A stretch of 64,000 nucleotides of DNA, taken from positions 32,001-96,000 of the IMG/VR virus record IMGVR_UViG_3300002835_000015, one strand, 5' to 3'. The position numbers and the translations under genes are program-made. The first letter of the stretch is position 1. Each line of letters opens with the position of its first letter. Source of the stretch: a virus. The notes beneath the pieces were generated by a model. That model saw nothing but the letters and a program-made list of their open reading frames with translations. It searched no databases and was not told where the DNA came from. Positions 32,257 through 41,087 of this stretch are shown here, piece by piece.

Positions 32257-32538
32257 TCAGTAATTCCAGCACCTATGTCTGTGTCTTACGACCGGCATAG
32301 GTGTTGTTGTATAATAAGGATACCCCCAATAAATTCTTTGATCAATAATTGGTTGAGGATAAACTACTATTGGCACAGGAACCGTAACGATTAACTGCGG
32401 TGCTTGGTACACCATAGTTTGGACAACCACCGGTTGCTGAACAATAGGAACCGGTTGTGGTACAATGTAAACTGGATAATTAGCAAATCCCTCATTTGAT
32501 ATCCCTATCAGCATAAATAGTATTGCTAAACATCTCAT
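32257..32538 (-). CDS. Small exported Pro/Val/Tyr-rich protein
   Basis: Likely start MRCLAILFMLIG at 32538 (ATGA overlap with upstream stop); signal-peptide-like N-terminus then PVYIVPQPVPIVQQPVVV low complexity. Confidence 0.55.
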   Translation of the reverse strand: MRCLAILFMLIGISNEGFANYPVYIVPQPVPIVQQPVVVQTMVYQAPQLIVTVPVPIVVYPQPIIDQRIYWGYPYYTTTPMPVVRHRHRCWNY

Positions 32539-32870
32539 TCTGCCTTCTCCGTCTTTGGATTCCACTTGACCCAACCGTTATCGGAAAGCCAGTTACCTTC
32601 ATTGTCCTTACGCTTTGGAAATAGACCGCCACCCTTCTTGTGGACACCGAATGATAGTCTAGCACCACACTTCATACAGCGAAGTTCGTAGTACTGGTTA
32701 TCATCAACGGTACGAACCACAAATCTGATATCATCAGATCCACACTTACCACATGTGGTTTCCTCAAATACCTCTTGAAATCTACTTAGTTCATTAAATA
32801 GATCCTTCTGTGATTCGCCCTCTATTTCTGCCTGTAGTCTGCCATTCTTTGTTGTATATAGAATCTTCAT
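32535..32870 (-). CDS. Hypothetical zinc-ribbon protein
   Basis: CGKC...CMKC motifs in 111 aa. Confidence 0.6.
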   Translation of the reverse strand: MKILYTTKNGRLQAEIEGESQKDLFNELSRFQEVFEETTCGKCGSDDIRFVVRTVDDNQYYELRCMKCGARLSFGVHKKGGGLFPKRKDNEGNWLSDNGWVKWNPKTEKAE

Positions 32871-33622
32871 TTACGCCACTCCTGTTTATAGCCTATAATA
32901 TCTTGTGGAATTGAACTCTTATCACGCTGGTAATCGTTTAGTGAATCAATGATTTCACTAGCGATCTTCTTAGAAACTTTCTTTCCGCTATCAACACTAA
33001 AACGTGCAAATAGCTTCTCTCCATCAATATTGAGTTGCTTACACTTTACATCAATAAAGTTGTATTGTGCATCACTCATTCTACTCTGATCGTCATACTC
33101 GCCCTCGCTAGCATTCTTAGTATTAGAAATATCCCTGACGATCTTTGCTGTATCCTTCTTAGTTAGTTCTTCGGCAGCAACACCCTTAATCTTTAGTGCC
33201 TTACGCAAAGCCCTTGCTTCTGCTCTGGTGCTAGCAATAGCAACCGCAAAAGCACAGAACATGTCATCAGTGTTGCCTTCCCAAGAGTCTGCAACTTCCG
33301 CATACCTCATACCATTAGCAAATTCTACGCTAAATATGACGGTCGCTCTACCATGATGATCTTCTCTTTGAACTGGAAAGACCTGTGTTGGGCCACTAAA
33401 CATAATTGGACCCAGCACAAGCTCTGCTACACGCCTTAAACCGGCAACTAGAGGATGACCATCAACCATCTCTGACTCAGTGAATAGAGTCATAGCGTAG
33501 TCATGCCACTCTGGGGAAAGCATGGATGGAACATCTGACACTACAACGTCCTTAACTGATGTATTTGTATTACTAGGTGAAGATAATACCACTTCTTCAA
33601 AAATACTTTCAATATTACTCAT
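32867..33622 (-). CDS. Putative Rad52/Sak-like single-strand annealing protein
   Basis: AxTRAEARALRKAL helix and C-terminal SDAQ..FI...SKK.ASEIID tail resemble phage annealing proteins. Confidence 0.4.
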   Translation of the reverse strand: MSNIESIFEEVVLSSPSNTNTSVKDVVVSDVPSMLSPEWHDYAMTLFTESEMVDGHPLVAGLRRVAELVLGPIMFSGPTQVFPVQREDHHGRATVIFSVEFANGMRYAEVADSWEGNTDDMFCAFAVAIASTRAEARALRKALKIKGVAAEELTKKDTAKIVRDISNTKNASEGEYDDQSRMSDAQYNFIDVKCKQLNIDGEKLFARFSVDSGKKVSKKIASEIIDSLNDYQRDKSSIPQDIIGYKQEWRK

Positions 33623-34386
33623 ATTTCAATCTCTATATACCTTTCTGATTTTGGAGGGAACGACTCCTTTATTCTACTCAAACATTTTAAAATGTCAAGT
33701 CTCAACTTCTCCTTATCGGCTAAACAAACCGAGTCAGATAAGTTTTTTATTCTCAAAATAACCATCCCTTTGCTTAAGATAAGACCACTCTTTTGCGTAT
33801 CGGCCTTAATTTGCTTCTGGAGCTTTTCTTCTCCCCATATCGGAAGAAAGTGGGATGGGCCGTCTACCTCTATTATAGTCTTGATGGAGGGTACGTACAT
33901 ATCAAGTTCCATGTCGTGATTTTGGATAAGGTGCTTTTTGTGATATTCAACACTATATCCTGCCCTAGTTATTTCTTCGTATAAAAATTTCTCTAATTTA
34001 GATCCTTCTTTGCCAGCAATTTGAATACTCTTAATAGCAGCAGTCATCATTTTATCCTTTTCTACGTCGGATAATTCTTCCCACCTTTTCTTTGATTGTG
34101 CTACGCGAGATTCATATATTTCGTCTGACATATCATCCCAATACTTTTTAAGACCAGAACTAATCTTTAGCTTTTCTTCTTGTGTTCTTATCTTGCCGCT
34201 AGTTGGGTGAGTGGCAGTTCCACTCTCTATTGCATTCTTCTGCGCCTCACTTTTAGTCTTTAGATTAACGCCACTCTTGATAAGAATACGTCTTATGCGA
34301 TTGGGATAAGTATTTAACTCTTCCGCAATCTCATAAGTACTCTTATGCTGTTTGGTATACATCGTTATTATTTGATTTGTATTCAT
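33619..34386 (-). CDS. Free-standing homing-endonuclease-like protein (HTH + NUMOD3-like + DUF559/Vsr-like nuclease)
   Basis: STYEIAEEL HTH; RTQEEKLKIS; GSKLE...ELDMY....IIEVDGPSH. Confidence 0.7.
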   Translation of the reverse strand: MNTNQIITMYTKQHKSTYEIAEELNTYPNRIRRILIKSGVNLKTKSEAQKNAIESGTATHPTSGKIRTQEEKLKISSGLKKYWDDMSDEIYESRVAQSKKRWEELSDVEKDKMMTAAIKSIQIAGKEGSKLEKFLYEEITRAGYSVEYHKKHLIQNHDMELDMYVPSIKTIIEVDGPSHFLPIWGEEKLQKQIKADTQKSGLILSKGMVILRIKNLSDSVCLADKEKLRLDILKCLSRIKESFPPKSERYIEIEI

Positions 34387-34828
34387 CTTCGCACCTTGCT
34401 ATTAAGTTGATAATGTCATTAAAATTTTCTGATATTCCTATTGGACATTTACCTGTGATTCTATATATTTCTTTTGAGTCTTTTTCTGATCTAGATATAA
34501 TTTGCACATTTTGTACAGATGTCACCAATCTCAGAGTATTCTTCTCTTCATTCCATCCATGATAGTAAAAGATATTAATATTATTCACTACCTTTAAGGA
34601 CGTTGCTAAAGCCTCTAATGATGTGACTATCAAATTTCCATTGAAACTCCATAAGTCTGTTGAATTAAACATTCCGCACAGAGTATGATTTTCATTAAAA
34701 TCTACATCATCATAAAAGATACTTATATCATGTATTGATTTATTGTTTATATTGTTATTAACTAGAGAGCTTATATAATGTAGTTGTTCTTTATCTGATA
34801 ATCTAGATATATATATTCCTAAATTCAT
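34343..34828 (-). CDS. Hypothetical protein of the glycosylation cluster
   Basis: Likely start MNLGIY at 34828 (ATGA overlap); alpha/beta pattern, no clear catalytic motif. Confidence 0.5.
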   Translation of the reverse strand: MNLGIYISRLSDKEQLHYISSLVNNNINNKSIHDISIFYDDVDFNENHTLCGMFNSTDLWSFNGNLIVTSLEALATSLKVVNNINIFYYHGWNEEKNTLRLVTSVQNVQIISRSEKDSKEIYRITGKCPIGISENFNDIINLIARCEDEYKSNNNDVYQTA

Positions 34829-35565
34829 TGATCCCACGCTCCTGTCATGTTTGAAAAATAATTGTTTCCTAAATAATAATGTCTATCAAATTCAGCGGAT
34901 TGTAAAAATGGATTCAGCGTTGATCCAATATCTAGGTATGTATTGTCTTCACAGTGTTTAGTTAGTTCATAACACAATATATTACCAAATGGCCCGCAAC
35001 AGAATAAGAATATCATATCTTTTAAGTTTCTATCGGTAATCATAGACTTACTTTTTTCAATTAGATCCCAATTGCTTTGCCAAGCATTGTTCTCTACCGG
35101 AAAAACTATTTTAGGTCTAAATGGTAGACGTTCTATTTTAGCGTTCTTATTACAAAATAAAACAACGGGTCTTTCCTTGTAGTGGGGCAATATGTTATTG
35201 ATATAATATTTATAATTGCTATTTACCCATATGTCTGCCCATGTCAAATGACTTTCTTCTTGACCGGACAACTCTTTCATTTGCTGGTGAGTTTCTAAGC
35301 CAAAAACGTTAACGCACGTAACTCCTACAAAATATCTAGAATTTTTATATTGAAAAGCATTTATTAGTTCTTGTCTCTTCAATTGATCTTGCTCATTATT
35401 AGGATCAAACCAAAACTCTTTATTGTTTATTGGTTGATTGCACATGACAGACCATTCTCCATCACAAAACTTCGAAAAGCTTATATTATCCTTAGACTTT
35501 AGTGCAGACTCTAAAACCTTGATATCTTCTCTATAATCTTTATTCGGTGGCGTTGTGAATTTCAT
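34825..35565 (-). CDS. GT-D fold (DUF1792-like) glycosyltransferase
   Basis: SFSKFCDGE, LFCCGP and YLDIGS motifs. Confidence 0.65.
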   Translation of the reverse strand: MKFTTPPNKDYREDIKVLESALKSKDNISFSKFCDGEWSVMCNQPINNKEFWFDPNNEQDQLKRQELINAFQYKNSRYFVGVTCVNVFGLETHQQMKELSGQEESHLTWADIWVNSNYKYYINNILPHYKERPVVLFCNKNAKIERLPFRPKIVFPVENNAWQSNWDLIEKSKSMITDRNLKDMIFLFCCGPFGNILCYELTKHCEDNTYLDIGSTLNPFLQSAEFDRHYYLGNNYFSNMTGAWDQ

Positions 35566-36331
35566 TTTGTTCCTTTTCTGATTCTTCTTCAGCTATTGTA
35601 TATCCCATTTGTCTCACAAAGTTCCAATATCTATTCATACCAATATTTGCGTGATAATCCATAGATATTGCTACTGGCTCTTCACCGTATTTTAATGCTG
35701 TCTCTGGCATAGATCCCCACATGTCCATATCACCTTTTGGGTGCGGTGGAACATATGTATTTAATCCAAAATGCCTTTTTACAGCGAATGATAGATGCGT
35801 ATCCTCTCCGTATCTCATTGGATTTATATCCGGCATTTCTGCCCAGAAAGCTCTCAACCAATTTTTTTCAAAGAACCAAGAATGACAACCCATGTCTACT
35901 CTTACGGTTTCTTCATTAGGATTACACCATCCAACGGCTGTATAGCTTTTTGGTGCTGGGTATGTCAGGTCATAACCTTTGTGTGCTATTACTCCCCTAG
36001 TACTCAATATACCATTATGAGTTTCCAATGTTTTTAAACAGTTTTCTAGCCACTTTTTACCCGGAATGGTATCATCATCAATTACACACACGTATTTAGT
36101 TCTTGCATTTAAAGCTACGGCAAATCTTCCCCAGCTACCATAATCAGTGTTTGATATTATTGTATTGCACTGGTTTAATATATCTCTGTCAAATTGTACA
36201 TTATCAACAACATTGACCCACATCATTATATCTATATCACTCACTGTTTGAGATTTGATGGCTTCAAACTGTTGCTTTAAAACGTGCGGCCTTTTGAATC
36301 CGCTAAGAACTATAGTAATTAGATTACTCAT
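35540..36331 (-). CDS. Glycosyltransferase, GT-A fold (GT2-like)
   Basis: ITIVLSGFKR, CVIDDD, GED motifs. Confidence 0.8.
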   Translation of the reverse strand: MSNLITIVLSGFKRPHVLKQQFEAIKSQTVSDIDIMMWVNVVDNVQFDRDILNQCNTIISNTDYGSWGRFAVALNARTKYVCVIDDDTIPGKKWLENCLKTLETHNGILSTRGVIAHKGYDLTYPAPKSYTAVGWCNPNEETVRVDMGCHSWFFEKNWLRAFWAEMPDINPMRYGEDTHLSFAVKRHFGLNTYVPPHPKGDMDMWGSMPETALKYGEEPVAISMDYHANIGMNRYWNFVRQMGYTIAEEESEKEQNEIHNATE

Positions 36332-37137
36332 TTAATTTCTCCAATAATTTTAGTAAGTTCTGATGCTTTGTCATCAATATGTAAACTATTTAATAGTGTT
36401 TTTAGTCTGTGTAAACAAGTGTGCTTGTTTTTTACTGATGATAATAATTTTTGCCCCTTGAATATATCGTCTATTTTATCTAGATCCTTGGTGTCTTTTG
36501 TGTCAAATGTGACCTTAGTTCCACTATATATAGAATTAAAAGCTAATTGTGAACCTATATATGATCTACCCTTAAACACAATCTCTTTGTAGTTACGGAA
36601 TAAAGTGTTCAAAACATGAACAGGCAAAATAAAATCTACTTTATCAGCTAACTTATGATTCCATGAAGAGTAATGATAAGTTCCATCTAATTCCACTATA
36701 TCCTCTTCTTTTTCTACAAAAATCAATTTTTCTATAGAATATTCAGCATTTCCAGAATTCAAAAATATATCTGCTGATTCTAGTATTTTAATATATGAGC
36801 CATTCTTTAGCTCAAGATTGCTATTTCCAAAAAATTTAGCATTTATTTTTTTGTCACTTAATGAGGCGGCAAAATCTTCTAATGATGTAGTATCTATATT
36901 ATTGATATTTATTAATAGTGATATATTTTTATTGGATAACATATAGTGTATCATATCTTTTGAAACACCGCTTATGTGAGTTATTAAAATATCCGGCTTG
37001 AAAAGATCAAATTCGTCATATATGCTGCTTCTACTATCGAAAATCTTAGACTCGATATTTATCTTAGAGAGGGCAGCATTGATATAAAACGGCTCAGTAT
37101 TCCAAGGTGTGCTGTAATCAGATATTAAAAATTTCAT
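36328..37137 (-). CDS. Degenerate GT-B / CgeB-like protein
   Basis: FKPDILI and C-terminal HTCLHRLKTLL resemble Glyco_trans_1_2/CgeB; catalytic motifs poorly kept. Confidence 0.4.
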   Translation of the reverse strand: MKFLISDYSTPWNTEPFYINAALSKINIESKIFDSRSSIYDEFDLFKPDILITHISGVSKDMIHYMLSNKNISLLININNIDTTSLEDFAASLSDKKINAKFFGNSNLELKNGSYIKILESADIFLNSGNAEYSIEKLIFVEKEEDIVELDGTYHYSSWNHKLADKVDFILPVHVLNTLFRNYKEIVFKGRSYIGSQLAFNSIYSGTKVTFDTKDTKDLDKIDDIFKGQKLLSSVKNKHTCLHRLKTLLNSLHIDDKASELTKIIGEIK

Positions 37138-37879
37138 GATTATCCTTTATAGTGTGATAAGTTTTGATGTTATTTATTTTATAGATCGGAAATTTGTTTT
37201 CGATGCAAGAAATGGAGTAATCATTTTTGATAATGTCGTTTATAGCTTCAAAGATAAACTTTTTCTTACTATCTTGATGATTCAAAAATTTTCGTAATGT
37301 GTCTATTACCTCTGCACCGTTTAAATATAATAGCTCTGACCAAGTTTTATATGCACCAAAAGAAAAATGCTCTGCTATATTTTGAGAGTTTACATTTATG
37401 CCAATCTCTAGGTTTTCGCATGGGTTTCGTTCAACAACGGCACATATTTTATTAGTATCTATTAGCGATAAAGCTTTTTTGTTTATTAATAGACTCCCAT
37501 CCACGACAAGAATTTTCTCATTAAAAGTATTATTAATTGCTATTCTGAAGCCCTCACATGAATTGCAAGATCCAAATACTTGATTTTCAACTATTCTTAT
37601 ATTAAGATTTTTATACTTTGAGCGTATATACTTTGATATCTTTTCACCATCAAACCCAATGCAAACTATTATTTCGCTATTTGGGAAACATTTTTTAATG
37701 CATTCTATTTGTATATCTATTAACACTTTCTTATTTATTTGAATCAATGATACTGGACCATAAGATTTCATTCTATATCCCGGCAGATCACATAGCATTA
37801 TTATTGTAACAAAATCATGTATTTTTTCTTCGGCCTGTTTTTTGATTATTGTTCGTTTTTTCTTTATTATTCTTACCAT
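37118..37879 (-). CDS. NTP-transferase (sugar/choline-phosphate nucleotidyltransferase)-like protein, possibly inactive
   Basis: IIMLCDLPGYRMKSYGPVSLI aligns with LAAGxGxRM..PKxL but lacks the Gly loop and Lys; IRIVEN, VVDGSL. Confidence 0.6.
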   Translation of the reverse strand: MVRIIKKKRTIIKKQAEEKIHDFVTIIMLCDLPGYRMKSYGPVSLIQINKKVLIDIQIECIKKCFPNSEIIVCIGFDGEKISKYIRSKYKNLNIRIVENQVFGSCNSCEGFRIAINNTFNEKILVVDGSLLINKKALSLIDTNKICAVVERNPCENLEIGINVNSQNIAEHFSFGAYKTWSELLYLNGAEVIDTLRKFLNHQDSKKKFIFEAINDIIKNDYSISCIENKFPIYKINNIKTYHTIKDNHEIFNI

Positions 37880-38605
37880 TTAGAACTCAATATATAAGTT
37901 GTTATTTTTTATTTGTTGTTCTACTTCTGGGTATTTATTTTCGAAATCTAAATACAATTCTGGATATAGTATTTTAAAAGCTAATGTTGATATAGCTGTT
38001 TTCGATCCACTCTTAAATATTAGACCTCTCCCAAGATCCTCATTTATAATAGTATCAATATCTAGTATAAATTTTTCTATTCCTATGTAATTAGTTTCAT
38101 CTACTATGGTATGAAATGCACTAGCAGACTTGAGTAATGTCAAGTATATGTATTCGGCCTTATTAATGTACATAGAGACAAATATGTTATGATCAGTATA
38201 AACTAGATTTTTGATTTTCTCTTTTTTGTCATCAGAAATTTGATATGAATGAAACAACTTTAGTATGTATTTTTTATTGATTGTTGATAAAAGTGATTGA
38301 ATATATTCCATCATTTCATCATCTATATTATCGCAATTAATTAAAATATCACAGGTTATTGAAGATTCAAGCCTTGCTTTGCTTAAATCCTTTTGTCCAT
38401 TATTCCAATCCTTAGTTTTGTATAGGTTACATATTCTATTTATTACAAAAAACTCTTTTTCGTTATCATAGGCTTCTATAATATCCTTTTTGAATTTTTC
38501 TATCCGATTAGCTTCACATGCAACCTGAGTGTTATCTTCGTATATGGCAAAGATACATTCTTTACAGCTAGTTTGGCTAATTGTGCCTGACGGCATGTAA
38601 TTCAT
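37880..38605 (-). CDS. Hypothetical protein with N-terminal Cys cluster
   Basis: CKECIF...C...RICN in a 241-aa ORF. Confidence 0.55.
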   Translation of the reverse strand: MNYMPSGTISQTSCKECIFAIYEDNTQVACEANRIEKFKKDIIEAYDNEKEFFVINRICNLYKTKDWNNGQKDLSKARLESSITCDILINCDNIDDEMMEYIQSLLSTINKKYILKLFHSYQISDDKKEKIKNLVYTDHNIFVSMYINKAEYIYLTLLKSASAFHTIVDETNYIGIEKFILDIDTIINEDLGRGLIFKSGSKTAISTLAFKILYPELYLDFENKYPEVEQQIKNNNLYIEF

Positions 38606-38993
38606 ATGTCGATCCTTTCAAAAACATTTTTTCAGTTTTGATGCCTAATGCATCTAATCTATCAGATAGATTTTTGCAGTCATAAATAGCTTTTCTGTTA
38701 TATACGACCTCATTGAATACATCGCAGTCAAGAACCTTATTTATCATATCCATGCATAGACAATTTGCATCAACCCCAGTAATTAAGAGATTACCATTCA
38801 TTCTAAGTAATTGTCTTATCTTTCCAAGAAAATTATTGATGTTATTGTGTGGTACTTGCTCTATGGTATTTATCATCACGATAGAACTGATAGAATTATC
38901 TGGTACATCTAAATTGATCATACCATTTTCTATCATAACTGGATTATAACCATCTACGCAGTCAGATATATCGTTTAATATCTGTATCTTCAT
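38577..38993 (-). CDS. Truncated/degenerate class I methyltransferase-like protein
   Basis: VPDNSISSI...IEQV...IRQLLRMNGNLLI matches the Methyltransf_11 core; no GxG SAM motif. Confidence 0.5.
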   Translation of the reverse strand: MKIQILNDISDCVDGYNPVMIENGMINLDVPDNSISSIVMINTIEQVPHNNINNFLGKIRQLLRMNGNLLITGVDANCLCMDMINKVLDCDVFNEVVYNRKAIYDCKNLSDRLDALGIKTEKMFLKGSTYELHAVRHN

Positions 38994-39982
38994 TTTGTTG
39001 ATTCCTCATAGGCTTCATCGAACAACTTATTCCAATTATTTACAAACTGTGTTTCTGAAAAATTATCTTCTATAGTTTTTCTAGCATTAGCACCGATTTT
39101 TTCTCTTAGGCTTTTATCATTTAATAGTAATTCTAGATATGACCTTAACTCACCCTCGTTATTTGAGATAAAGCCATTTTCTCCATTCTTGATTATCTTT
39201 GGTATCATGCACGTTGCCGTGGAAACAACAGCACACCCACAGGACATAGCCTCTAGCAAAGACATGGGTATTGGACTAAGAGTTGAACTATTAAAATATA
39301 CAGCGCACTGATTATATGAATCGACCAAATCATTTATACTTTTAGCAGCTTCTGAAAGCCCTTCTGTATCTCCTATTAGTTTTGTATTTAGTCCACTTGT
39401 TATTCTTTTCCACCCGGAGAAATTCAAACAATAATCTCTTTTAACAAAGTCATTAGCAACTGTTAAAATTGTATTATTTTTTTCAATGTCTTTGACACTA
39501 AAGGTGCTGGTATCTAATCCATGATGAATAACTTTTCCATCTAACTCCCAAGCAGATCTAGAAAAATCCGATATAAAAACATTTATGTCGCCATTCATAC
39601 TCCGCATTTCTTCAATTTGCTTTTGTGCCATTGAATTAGGGGTTGGTAAGGTGTGTTCTAAACATATGATTGGCAATCCAAGCTGCCTATTTATATTTTG
39701 AGCCATTTGAAACTGTCCAAATTTGCTCTGAACAAGAATCATATCAAAATTTAAATAATCACACAATTGATTTTCTGGTAGAATATGATAATTTGCTGGA
39801 ATATCTGTTTGATTTGAATTCCACTTTTTCATGTTTGAAATATTCAACGCATAAAACTCATGATTTGTTTTACATAGCCCTGTCTCATACCTTTCGTGAG
39901 TAGGAAAAGTAAGAATATTATACTTATCCTTTTTTGGACTATTTGCTAGACTAATAATTCTATTTGTTGTATTATTCAGCAT
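38990..39982 (-). CDS. Glycosyltransferase GT4 (GT-B)
   Basis: PMSLLEAMSCGCAVVST, IKNGENGF. Confidence 0.88.
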   Translation of the reverse strand: MLNNTTNRIISLANSPKKDKYNILTFPTHERYETGLCKTNHEFYALNISNMKKWNSNQTDIPANYHILPENQLCDYLNFDMILVQSKFGQFQMAQNINRQLGLPIICLEHTLPTPNSMAQKQIEEMRSMNGDINVFISDFSRSAWELDGKVIHHGLDTSTFSVKDIEKNNTILTVANDFVKRDYCLNFSGWKRITSGLNTKLIGDTEGLSEAAKSINDLVDSYNQCAVYFNSSTLSPIPMSLLEAMSCGCAVVSTATCMIPKIIKNGENGFISNNEGELRSYLELLLNDKSLREKIGANARKTIEDNFSETQFVNNWNKLFDEAYEESTK

Positions 39983-41087
39983 TTAGTATTTCCTTTATAA
40001 TATTTCCCACATTTTCATAAGAAAACTTTTCTGCACACTCTAGCCCTTTTGTTTTATCTATATTACCCCTATTGTCATAATAGAATCTCATGGCAGATTT
40101 TATCTCTTGCTCATCTGGAGTAAACCACAATTCCCTACCGGTAAAAATATTGGGAAAAGCAGAATCAGAATGTTCACAAACAGACTGTACCCCATTTATT
40201 AGTGTTCCATGATTTCTATCTAAGATATATTCTTTTGGTCCACCCTCATTGCTACATATTGGAGTATTGCCAAAGCACATAGCATCAAATGAAGGAATAG
40301 ACCACCCTTCACCGTGAGTTGTGTTGACCATACAATCACAAGATTTATGTAATATATCTATCTCTTCTGAAGTCATTTCGTCTGATATTATGATTTCTTC
40401 ATGATAATCTTCAATCTTAGGATAGATTCTTAGAGTCTTTTTAATTGAATCACACATACTTTTTACATGATTTTTTAAATCTGTTGAATTTACTCCAAAT
40501 TTCTTAATCTTAAGAACCAACGAAACCGGCTCATATGCATGAAATTCGCTATGAAAAGATTTGATAACTGATTCTATATTTTTTCTTTCATTTATATCTG
40601 CAATATAATAAAATTTGAAGCTGCTATTTTTAGCTCCAAAATTAACTCTCGTCTTTATGTCTTTTTTGTATCTACTAATATCAAATGCGTGTGGAACGTA
40701 TTTTACATTACTAAAGCCATCTTTTTTCATATTATGCAATTGAGTATTATTTGGAACCCATATTTCATCAACAAGACTCAGGCTTGTTTTCCAAGGATTG
40801 TATTTTAAAGTATTAGACTCACCAACATAGTAGGCAATATTCTTTTTGAACTTAGAAGTTCCAACTATATGGTGTGGTAATAGGTGCTGGATGCAAAAAT
40901 CAATATTGTCTAAAGACTTTTTTTCTAGCTCTGTTATCTTATCTGGTATACTAAATGGTTTTGGTGTTAGTTTTACATTCCTACAAACTACATCTATACC
41001 AGCTGAATCTATAGCATGTATTAAATCTATAGCTGCTTTTGACCAGCCGCTACTTTCTTTATAATGTCCTATATATAATAATTTCAT
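39972..41087 (-). CDS. Glycosyltransferase GT4 (GT-B)
   Basis: ERKN, HGEGWSIPSFDAMCFG. Confidence 0.88.
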   Translation of the reverse strand: MKLLYIGHYKESSGWSKAAIDLIHAIDSAGIDVVCRNVKLTPKPFSIPDKITELEKKSLDNIDFCIQHLLPHHIVGTSKFKKNIAYYVGESNTLKYNPWKTSLSLVDEIWVPNNTQLHNMKKDGFSNVKYVPHAFDISRYKKDIKTRVNFGAKNSSFKFYYIADINERKNIESVIKSFHSEFHAYEPVSLVLKIKKFGVNSTDLKNHVKSMCDSIKKTLRIYPKIEDYHEEIIISDEMTSEEIDILHKSCDCMVNTTHGEGWSIPSFDAMCFGNTPICSNEGGPKEYILDRNHGTLINGVQSVCEHSDSAFPNIFTGRELWFTPDEQEIKSAMRFYYDNRGNIDKTKGLECAEKFSYENVGNIIKEILNAE

